Origin: Octopus sinensis | Lineage: Eukaryota | DNA length: 64,000 nucleotides | NCBI RefSeq assembly: GCF_006345805.1 | Contig: NC_042998.1 | Span: forward strand, 92,318,001-92,382,000 | Direction: 5' to 3' | Shown here: positions 1 through 11,700 of the stretch, piece by piece | Layout: every line of letters starts with the position of its first letter | Numbering within the stretch: the first letter of the stretch is position 1 | The notes under the pieces: generated by a model | What the model was told of the DNA's origin: nothing | Databases searched by the model: none | What the model saw: only the letters and a program-made list of their open reading frames with translations | Made by a program: the position numbers and the translations under genes

Positions 1-438
1 ATCCATCGTAGCATACTGGCTTCATTCCTTGTGAGCTTACACATGTCCTCAGCAGTCACAGCCCATGTTTCACTGCCATGTAGCATGGCTGTTTGTACAC
101 ATGCATTATACAGTCTACCTTTTACTCTGAGTGAGAGGCCTTTTGTCACCAGCAGAGGTAAGAGCTCTCTGAACTTTGCCCAGGCTATTCTTATTTTAGT
201 AGCTACACTCTCAGAGCATCCACCCTGATTTGGTCACCTAGGTAATGGAAGCTATCAACTACTTTAGTTTTTTTCCCTGGCATGTGACAGAAACTGTTTC
301 TGCATATTTTCAGTGTTTATTACCCATGAGCATTTGCCACACACAAAAATTATCTTTCCAGTTAGCCTTCCTTTGATATTACTGCACCTCTTATGTGCCA
401 TAGCTTACACTGAGTACATCTTATGGAGTTTCTACCTG
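1..438 (-). mobile_element. RTE-clade LINE fragment (RT C-terminal region), degenerate
   Basis: The minus strand reads ...[76 protein letters not shown], typical of the RTE post-RT region. Runs off the window edge. Confidence 0.85.
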
Positions 439-1889
439 ATTGGCATACTCTAGCTTCTGTCCTATACATGTATAGTCTCTTCACTCTGCTTTCTTACCTG
501 TTCTTACGATGCCTTTTACTCCCCAAGAATTGGCTGATCTCATGCTGCCTCCATTCCCAATTCACTTGTTTTCATCACATTGTTTTCTGGGTCTGACTAA
601 CCCCTATATTGAGTCCTTTCCATCTAGACTGTTGACTTTGGAATTTCCACCTCTGCTCATGTATTTTCTGCAGCTGTCAGCTATGTAATAGTAGTATTAA
701 CATTATTGATCTCATTGGTCTGGGGTAGCCTGCACAAACTATGGGCACTACTACTTCTAGATCAAACCAATTAAAAAAAAAAAACTTTTACAGAAGGATG
801 TAATTTTTCTAGCTAAACTTCCCTATATTCTAAACATAAAACCTTGGATCTAATATTCTCTTTGATCTGTGATAATGTCATTTTTTTCAATCTCCAAATA
901 ATCAACTTGTGTCTTGTAATGTCTTTCACTTCTTTTCTGATATTTAGTCAATTACCATTAATAAAACTCAAATTTCTGGTTCTGTAACATATATCCCATT
1001 TCTAATAACACAACATTTACTTCATCCTTCAGTGAAAACTATCTTTATTCTTCTTGCTATCTGCAAATATTTGAAGTCTCATTGACTCACTCAACAATAA
1101 TTCCTTCTTCCTGCTTATCTCGATGGTTATCTATTCCACACAGCTTCAGTGTAATAATGTAGTATGTTTCCCCTTTATGAACTGGTGCTTAAATTCAGAT
1201 TTTATAGCATTACATGGATGACATAAAGGAGGAGAACAAGATGTGTTTGAGAAAGATATTCTACTGAATCAAGAAATGTACTAGTTTATAAAGATATAAA
1301 GACAGAATACTCCATACCAAGGGAGTAAATCTCTTGCAGTTTATGAATAATGATGATGCTGATATTAGATTGTCAATTGATCACCTTTTGGCATTAGTAG
1401 AAGATGAAATAACAGATCAACAGAAAACCAAGTTAAGAGTATTTACTTATGAGTAAACAGAGAAAATGAGTGACTTGGGTTTGGGGAAAAAAACTTGGCA
1501 ATAATGAGAGATAGTTTTATTTCTTCACCAAAATGCAAAAATATGAATGACCATAGAAACAGAGGCTGGTATCAAAATAGGTGGTATATTGCAGTCTAGA
1601 TTCTCATCAAATTTGAAACATATATATAGGGTTTGTTTGTACACAACAAGTTTTGATATATCAACAATACAAAAATCACAATTGAGGTAAATGTTTTTAA
1701 GTTTACCGACATGAATGCCTTCTACAACCATTAAAAACCATTTTTCAAAATAAAGAAATGCAGGCCACATGCAATATTATTTTCAAAAGCATTACATTCT
1801 AAATTTCCATACTCTATAGAACCCATTCACCAATTTCAATGCTAGGCATGTTTTTTGTTCTTTTTTTTTTTTCCTCTCAAAGAAATACA

Positions 1890-2797
1890 TTAAACAGAAA
1901 AATATTGGCCATTGCTTTCCTCATTGTGGTCTTTGGTAGTGTTATTTGGTCTTGTAGTTACCTCTTGGCTCACTGCTGGATCACAGGAAGCAGTGCATTG
2001 GTTACCATAACCTTCTTCCACCTGATCTTCATTACCATTCCTCACTGTGTTTAGATCATTAACAGTTAAGTCTCTGGTACTTGCTTCTGGTGATTTTAAT
2101 GTGTTGGTTTCATTAGGACCTTCCGTGGATGAATCAACTGCAATATCTTGTTCACTATTTTCGAATAATGATTCAGTCATGTGTAATAAATTTTGTGATA
2201 TTTCTAACAAAGACACACAATCTGTGTCGAAATGTTTTACTGTATTTTGGGCTTTCTCAACAAAGTTTGATTTACCTGTAGGCTTCTCATTCTCTCCATC
2301 ACTACAGTCAGCAGTCATTTCAACTTTTTTTAAACAGTTATTAGCTGAAATATCTAATGACTGATTTAACTCGGTTGAACTGTCAAAAGATTTTGAACGA
2401 CTCTGAGAGATTGAAGCATCTTGAAATTGGGTGCTAATTTCATTTTTTTTAATGCCAAAACTGAAGTCTTTATTCAAAAAGCTATTGGTCTTATCCTCAT
2501 CTGTAGCAAGGATATTTGTTACTGATAAATCCTTTATAATACCAAAACAAGAGTTAGTGGAGGGGGGTGATACGGGTAGTGGTTTTGTTTGGGCTCCTGC
2601 ATAAGCTCCGAGTTGCTCGAGTTCTTCAGTTGCAATTTCGGATTGTAATGACATTTTGGAATTACAGGATCTTGAAAGGATGTTCTCATTGCTGCTAGGA
2701 CTTTTTACTGGTGTTGCAGGATCCACATTTTCTGTTTTGGACAAATCTCTTTTAACCCACACATCAGAGGAATTAGACTGCATTTGTTCTACAGCTT
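1890..2797 (-). CDS. ANKIB1: ANKIB1 terminal coding exon (Ser/Glu/Asn-rich disordered tail ending GQYFSV*)
   Basis: Acceptor ttattctttcag at 2798-2799. In frame with ORF 1890..2783. TAA stop at 1890-1892. Confidence 0.85.
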
Positions 2798-5700
2798 CTG
2801 AAAGAATAAGACAGAAATTCCCATGAGCAATACAAGCTGAATTTAATTTAGTTTCTCTATTTTAATAACTTTTGTTTTCCTACACTAGCACAAAAATATA
2901 ACTGCTCAGATTTACAGTGCGACCTATTATTTGCATGTGTATTGTAGAGTATCAGCCAAATCATTGATTATACATAGATATATTCCTTAAGATCAGGAAA
3001 GCTGAAGAATTAGCATAGAGTAATTAAATAAGAGGTCTCTTTCTAGAATTAACTGTTAAGTGGCAATGGTCTGAATTTTGAAAGAAGAAAGAGTACTTGT
3101 GTTTTTTTTTATTTATATAATAGAAATGCACATTGAAAATTTCAAAAACTTTGAGTTGATTGATCAGGTCAATAAATTTAAACCTTTCCTAGGATTCTTT
3201 AAAATGCTATCTCATAATGGCTATGTCTAAAGGTTACATAAGGTGAGATACTTAAATGTAGTAGTCCCATTTGAGAGTCCTAATAGATGGACTTTTCACA
3301 GGTTAAAATCTGACATTTCAAATTATGTTTTACTTGAGAAAATTGAATGAAGTCAATGAGCTCCATTGCATGGTCATTTGACTCACCAGAAATAACAGCT
3401 ATATTGCCTTCAAATCACACCCTATTAGATAACGTACTTCAAAATAGACTGTATGAGAAAAGATGAGATGCTTGAGGTTGAAATGTAACTATTCATAGGT
3501 CTGCAGACTCAGGGCTACATTATAGAAAAGAGCTTTCTGAGAAATAATAGCAAAATAATAATGATTCTAATTTTAGCACAAGGCCAGCAATTGTGGGGTG
3601 GAGTGGGATAGTCAGTTACATTGACCTCAAAAACATGAAAGGTTAAGTTAATTTCAGCAGGATTTGAACTCAGAACATAAAGAGTCAAAAGAAATGCCAC
3701 TAAGTGCTTTGTCTGATGTGCTAACAATTCTTCCTGCTTGCCACCTTAATCCTTTCTACTAAAGGCACAAGGTCTGAAATTTTGGGGAAGGGGATCTAGT
3801 TGATTACATTGACCCCCAGTATTCAGTTGGTACTTATTACATCAAAATCAAAAGAATGAAAGGCAAAGGTGACCTCGGCAGAATCTGAATTCAGAATGTA
3901 AAGAATCGGAAGAAATTCTGCCTGGCATGCTACAATTCTGTCAGCTCACCAACACCACTATAAGAACGGTTCTAAGGTTAGGCTCAAGGCCAGCAATTTT
4001 GGGGGGAGTTTTAAGTAGATTACATCAACCCCAGTGTTTAACTGCTACTTATTTTATCGGCCCTAAAAGGATGAAAGGCAGTCAACTTCAGCAGAATTTG
4101 ATCTTAAACTGAAGATTTGGAGGAAATGCCATTAAGCATTTTGTCTGGCATGCTGATTCTGCCAGCTCACCACCTTTCCTAAAAATTTGCCAACAGGCAG
4201 CTACAGATTTGGCACAAGGACAGCAATTTTGTGGGGAAGGTGTTGATACCATTGACCCCAGTGCTTGACTAGTATTTTCTTTTATTTGACCCTGGAAGGC
4301 TGAAGGGAAAAGTTGACTTTCATATATTTTGACCTAGAATGTAAAGAACTGAGGCAAATACCATAAGGCACTTTTTTCTGATGCTCCTTTGCAGAATTTC
4401 TTCTGGCTCTTTACATTTGGGGTTCAAATCCTGCTGAGGTCAAATTTACCTTTCATTCCTCCAGTCAACTGCTGGAGTCAGGGGTATTGACTAATTCCTT
4501 CCCCTCAGTAATAATAATAGTACTTTCTAATTCATATACAAGGCCAGTAATTTTTAGGGGCAGAAACAACTTGATAACAGTACTTGATTGGTACTTTATT
4601 TTATTGATCTTGAAATGATTGAAGGCAAAGATGTCCTTAGGGGTATTTGAACTCAGAATGTAAAGAGTCAAAAGAAATGCTATTAAGCATTTTGCCTGAT
4701 GAGTTATTGATTCTGCTGGCTTGGTGCCTTAATAATAACAATGGTTACAAATTTTGATATAAGACTAGCAGTTTTAGTGGGAGGATTCTAGCTCATAGCA
4801 TTAACTACAGTACTTGACTAGTACTATAGTTTTCTGACCCTGAGAGGTTGAAAGACAAAATCATCTTTGATTTCAGAACTTATAGAGCTGGAGCAAAATA
4901 TTACCAAGCATTTTGTGCTATGTTCTAGTGATTTTGCTAGCTCATTGCTGAAGAAGATGATGATGATTTCTTAAACTTTTAAACAATAATATTTTTTATG
5001 GTAAAAAATAAACATCCTTATAGCATAAAATAATTCTAAAAGCAAAGGGCATTTTTATGTTCCTTTGAGGTATTTCAGAATCTTGTTGTCAATGGTGTTT
5101 TCTTTAGCACATTAATTTACTCATTAGGTTAAATGATATCATGAAAAGAGGGAAATTCATGGGGATTTTCTCTGTAATAAATTGTCGAGTCTTTCAACTA
5201 AGATCTACAATTCAACTAAATTAGTTATTAAATTGAAAGAATTATTTATCAGATGGCAAAAATTTAAAAACAAAAAAAAAATTACCATTTAAAATATTGG
5301 ACAACATGGTCTGAAGTTGGTGGCTGAATTCATTTGAAGAATTTTGGTCAGTTTGATTAGTAGTTAATGGTTCTGACATATTGGTATCATGAGATTCATT
5401 CAAGCCTGGATTAGGAGCAGCAGTGGAGAAACCATTATCTTGGGCATCTAAGGAGTTGATATCACTAGAAAATTACAATAAAACTGAAATCAAGTTACTT
5501 GGAATTATTTAAAATAATTTAATTTCCAGTGCCACAGAACTATCTCAGTCATTTAAATATTTAATATAGCAATGTTGTTTAATGGGTTGTTAATAGAATT
5601 ACTATTTTTTTTAATTCAAGAATTAACATTACTTTTAGCGATTATAAAAAAATGCTTAACCCTTTAGCATTCAGATAAATATGTCAAGTGTAATACTTAT

Positions 5701-8700
5701 TTATTCACATATTCTGAATTAATAAGGCATTATCTTGTAGCTTTGAGATTTTGATGAAGCGACTGTTTATTTTAAAAGTGATATTGTAGGGTAAGCGAGA
5801 AAGACCTGATCTGGCCAGTTTGAACATAAAACAGGTAGAATATTTGGGCTGGATATCATCATCATCATCGGCTAGTTTAAATGCTAAAGGGTTAATATTT
5901 ACATTACACAGGTCAATATTTACATTATGTTTATCAAATGACCATTCCTGATCATCATTAGATGTACTGAATTATTCAACATCACTTTAGGTAGTTAACT
6001 GTCCACAATGAGTGATATGAATTTTGGTTAATAGGTTAGTTAAGAAATTTGCTTCACAACTGTGTGGTCCTGGGTTCAGTACCACTGTGTAACATATGGG
6101 AGAAGAACATTTACTATAGCTTTGGCTCTACCCAAGCTTCATGAATAGATTTTGGGTAGATAGACGCTGTATAGTAGCCCATCAGTTAGGCTGTAATCTG
6201 TAATTTTAAGGGCCAGTCGTGTTACACTTATGTCATACCAATTCTGTTAGAGAATTATGTTAAAGATGTGTTTGTAGAATACACAGCAGTGGCATAGCTT
6301 GTGTACTGCCAGGAGAGCCCTTGTGTGTTGAGTCCCAACAAAAAATATAATACTTTACAGGCTTATACAGCAGATCCAAAAATCTTGCCTGGGACAGACT
6401 GTCCTGCTTCCATCTATACTACTGGTACACAACCACTAAGAATTCTAACTAGTAGATTATTCAGTTGATAGGACAATTGGATGTTTATTAAAGAAATGGA
6501 TTACAGATAGCAAAGGATAAATATTACGAAATTATTATTTTTTCTTTAATATTAAGTAACAAAGAAAAAAGTATACATTTCAGAATTTGCTTGTGGAATG
6601 TTGAGAAGTCCAGTTTCTCTCATGTACTGCAATCTGGACATTTCTAGTGCTCTTAACAGTTCCATCTGTTCATCAAGGAACACTTCAGGTAAGCCATCTA
6701 CAACAGAAAATTGTTAAACATCTGTTAATTAACTTGGAAATTCACTGTCAATATTGAAAGCCTGCTTTTATTTCTTTAGTTTTTTTTTTAATTAATATTT
6801 ATTCTCTCTTTTCATTAAATATTACTTCAATCCATTGCATCATTCAAAACAATTTCATTGATATAACTTGAACATAAATGCTATTATTTTGGAATATGGT
6901 AAAATAAAATTACAGTAAAGTTATTTAGAATATTTGTGTTAAAATTATTTGCATTTTCTTTGAATTACAAAAGCAACTTGTTTCTTTTATCAGTACAACT
7001 GATGAAATGTTTCTTATTTTCACCATCTTTTATTTTCGTCTCTATTTAGAACTGTAAAATATTTCTTCATTATTTTTTGCAAATCAAAGCTACTTTAGAG
7101 TATCAGTTCCTATATTTAATTTCCATAAAACTATTTTCTGCAAGCCTTTTTTTCTTAGTCACCATAGAATTTGTTCCATTCTTTAAATAGCTCAGAAAAC
7201 TTCATTGGAGACTGGCAAATATTTTTTTTTACAGCAGTTATTTTAGTAATAATTAATTTTTTTCTCAATAATTACAATAAGTTGCAGCATGTATCTTCTT
7301 CAATGGCTTTCTATTGGCTGTCAAACATGAACAACACAGTTAAAATTTCTTTCTTGGGTATGCAGTAAAGGACCAAGCTAGAACTCAATGTTGTGCAGTT
7401 GGTGTGATCAATGTGCACAAAACAAGCAATGAGAATCAGAACTCCCAAAATAAACTATATGCTATTTCAAAAATTCAGAACTAGAAATGAACTTTAAATA
7501 GATCCTCCATGAAACAACAAGTAAATAAGACACTTTAAAGTGAAGGAAATATTGAGATAAAAGTTGAGAAAATATTGGGATACATTCTGTAAAAGTCTTA
7601 TGAAAAGAGACCATAGACTTTTCTTTAGTTTTTTGTTCTTTTTTTAAACAAAGTAACTTTACAAAGACTTTCAGAAAACTGTGAATTTATATATGAGGCA
7701 TACTCTAGAAACCGTTAAAAAGTAATTTAATAATCACAGAGGAAACACATTTTAGTATATTAGCCAGAAAGGTGATAAATTATAAGAAAAATATAGCTTG
7801 ATGTTAGTGATGTAGAACCAAAGTCCTTGGAGACAGTGAAACATGAAATGAGATTTCTGTAAGAATGTTTGTATTTTGACAAGACATTTTGTTTTGATTT
7901 TTTTCAAAATAAAACTGGCAAGGTTGTATCAACAAACACATGCAAGCAATAACTGAATATCTCCTCAAGTGTCCAAAACTAGATTATTAAATTACCATGT
8001 TCTTTCTCTGCCATAGCTCAAAATTCAGAAAGTAAATTACAAAATATATTACTAAGTAAACTAAAAGTAAGTAATATCTTCCAACTTGTCTGTATATGAC
8101 AAGAGTGATAGAAATATAATAAGACTTTCTGTAAACACAGCCCGTGACTAATATATAAAGTATATCATAGTTCCAATCTAGCAAGGCTTAACTGGTATTT
8201 TTTGAACTACCCCTTGTAGTACATTATATTGTACATAATATCTGAAGTGATTAATAAATAACTTCCTTTTATAATATTACATTACACCTTCACAATTATT
8301 AAGAATATTTTGGTTTAATGTTTATACTTTGGGATCCAACAGAAATAAATGCACTTTTATAAACTTATTAATAAATAATATTAATCATATATAAATATTC
8401 AAGGAAATATCATTTCTCAATTCAGATACAAAAGATGTCAACACAAATTAAATGTGCCTGAGTTCTTCATCTGTCTGAGAGAAACCATGTTATATTCATT
8501 TCATCTATATTGTAATTGAATCTGATTTTATGCAACATCAAACTTAGCAGATGTGACAAGCTCAATACTACTGAACAGTAAGATAACTGGGAATATTGCA
8601 GGATTAAAATTATGGCTACAACAATAAACTATGTGGAATAATTTCAGAAATTATAAACCATAAATTAATTATTATAGGAGAATTTAATTAAATAGTAGAA

Positions 8701-11700
8701 GAATACATTGTAAGGTTTCAATCTAATTTTTTTAATACATTTTAATCTTTAAAAATAAATTCTACAGATAAGATGAAATGTTGCTAAATTTTTATACATA
8801 ACAAATTGAAATTTGGAATTTCTGCCTGAGTTGTAGAATGTATCAGAATCCATAAATGTGAAAGTACTTTCAGAAGACGGAACGAGAAGATCAGAATTAT
8901 TATCTATTCTGTGTAAAAATCATCATCCAACCTTGTTGCTTGCTATTATTCTTCTGGTGATCCAAATGCAAGCAATGAAGACTGCAGTGATCATGTAAGA
9001 TTCCAGTCCGAGGATTCAAAGCCTGAAGACGATTGCAGCCAGAACGGGAACATTTCCCTAAAAAACACAACCCTAACTGATAACTTAGCTATTATAATGT
9101 TCAAATGCAAAGGACCAAAACTGAATATAGCAAAGTTGTGAGAATCACGGCATCAGATGACATAAATGGATAGATCAATGGAGAAGAAAGGAAACACGAA
9201 GAAGAAATAGAAATCTAATTTGAAGAAGAGTTAACTAGAATGAACCAGGTTAGGAACAACAATGTAAGATATATATATATATATTTAATATATTTTTCTG
9301 TTTAACAAATATCTAAGAGGTACATTGGTTTTAAAAGGTGTGCAATTTTTTTTCATAGAACTGATATTTTAGTAAATTAATATTGCTAAAGAATTCTAGG
9401 ATAAGAATAATAATATAGTATAGAGAAAATGCAACTGTAGTGAAATGCAGTCGTTTATTAGCAAAATAAAAGATAAGGAAGAGAAAGGTTACAGCAAAAG
9501 CAATGAGATATATAATTGGAAGCAAGCAATTCCCCTAAAGCAAATGAAAGAAACAATATATGATATAAAAGCAAAAATATTGTAAAAAGAGTTAACCTTA
9601 CGGCTAAATGGATTCTAATAACCCAATAGACATGTAAGTGGGATAATGGTAAATTAGTGAATATTTAAATACCAATAGATTTCAGTGAAGTTCCAGTTGT
9701 ATCAGCTTCTGAACTGTCACTGTCTGAATCTGGCCAGTCCAGAACAGCCATGACATTGGTGTGTCGACCTGAAGCATCTTTTATCCAAGGATTGGCAGGA
9801 TCAACTTCTTGAATAGATGCCAAGATAGCTTTACGTAGCTCTTCCTGGAAAGAAATAGAAATTTAGAACAGTTATTCAACTGTAAAATTTAAAAGAAAAA
9901 AAAAAGTGAGCTGAATAATTTCTTCGGTTTAATTTAAATTCATTAAACTTATGAACTGCAGATATGATGTGGTATCAAATGGTTCCCAGAATAGTTACGT
10001 TAAAAAAAAAACAAAAAAATTTATTTATATAAGTTTTAACATCATCTCCTTCAAAATAGTCACCTTGCACAACAATACACTGGTCCCAGTGTTCCTGCTA
10101 CTTTTCAAATCCAGCCTGGAAGTAATTTTCTGTGAGTTGAGGACCTTCTGCAATTCGCCCTGGATCTCAACAACGGTAACCTTTGAGCTGCATTCCCATC
10201 TTAGGGAAGATATGGCAGTCCATAGGAGTTAAATCTGGTGAATAGGGTGGGTGCAGAAGCAATACCATGTTGTTTTTGGTGAGGAATTCAGAAACGAGGA
10301 AAGCTCAGTGATAGGGTGCATTGTCATCATGAAAACTCTTAATTTTTTGTGCTCCACGGATTTGGTCACTGTTGTCAAATGTCTTCCCTCAAATGCTTCA
10401 AAACAGCATTGATTGTCCTCTGATGATCCTCATACAAAAGCTGATGAATTTTCTCCACATTTCTGGGTGGGGGTGACAAGTCTTTCAGATCACTCATCAT
10501 CTTCCAGAGCTGTTCTTCCACTTTTGGTGCACCCATGACAATCAATACATTGTATACAACCCATTGCCTCATCGTTATAAGCTTGCCGAAGAATTCTCAA
10601 TGACTCTGTAGCAGACTTCCCAGGTTTAATGCAAAATTTTACATTCGCTCTTTGTTCCAACTTTCTATCCATGACAAAATTACAGACTACAGCATACATA
10701 TGATCACAAAACCACAAATTTCACAACTTGTGAAGTAAACACAGCAATGTCACTCAGCACACTGCTTCATGAAGGTCATTGCTAGCTCTCACTGTGCACA
10801 TAACCATGTGCTGTCATCTGTTGGCACGCTACAGAACTAGTCTGAGAACTTTTTGATACCACCTCATAAATGAAAACATAAAATTTTGTTTTTGAAATTT
10901 TGCATAATTTTGCAAACATTTTTGGATGGTTATGAATTTCATTTTGGAACATATGTGAAAAAGCATACAGTAGATCAATGACATAATGAAGTTGGTAATA
11001 TTTCACAATGTAAAAAACATGTACACTTACATCTTCCAGATCTATACTATATTTTTTTCTTTTGCGTTTTCGCATGGCTGGTGGGGTTTCAGGAGGTACC
11101 AAACCTTTCACAATTGCAGCAATAAATTCATGTCTCTTACGCTGAACTATATGAGCTTGTTCAATTATTCTTCTACGTGGAGTCCGCAGATAAAGACGGT
11201 TTACTATCTGAGATAAAATTTCAGTACATTCTTCCAACTCTGTCTGAAATAAGAAAACAAAATAACGCAGACAATAAAATAAGTAAATTGTGAATAAATC
11301 TTGACATGATGCAAAGGAGAATGATAAAAAATATATAATGATAATAATAATAATAATAATAACAATGATGATAATATACCTGCATACATTCAAACACTAT
11401 TTTTTTGTAGCCTGGGCCATCCAAATAGTATGCATAGACATAAGAACACTTCAAAACACATCTTGCTTTCAACAACTGATGAACCGCATCTTCAACAAAT
11501 TTGGTCTCTAATTTGGCAGATACTGCAATTAAAAACAAATTTAAGTTTCATAACAGCTTTGATAAGTGTGGAGAAATAGGTTACACAAGCAGATATTTCA
11601 CTTTTCTATGAGTGAGATACAAGAGGTGTAGAAAAACTCTTTTTCACAGAGAAGGATAAACTCATGATTTGTGTCTTGTTTTACATGTTGTAAAAAATAC

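Noticed and set aside
1516-1521. AATAAA (minus strand) as the ANKIB1 poly(A) signal
   Set aside because: The hexamer is common in such AT-rich DNA and cannot be assigned without transcript data.
2047-2364. 105-aa plus-strand ORF
   Set aside because: Antisense shadow of the ANKIB1 terminal exon.
3570-4950. CRISPR-like repeat array
   Set aside because: Eukaryotic intron with ~200-bp diverged SINE units. There are no short identical repeats with unique spacers and no cas genes.
9602-9672. Extension of the 9673-9844 exon to the gtaag donor at 9600-9601
   Set aside because: An in-frame TAA follows shortly after 9673 (GGT ATT TAA), so the upstream donor is required.
10782-11393. 203-aa ORF as a standalone gene
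   Set aside because: Only 11031-11243 is exon. The rest is intron ((ATT)n-derived poly-Ile) and mariner TIR read-through.
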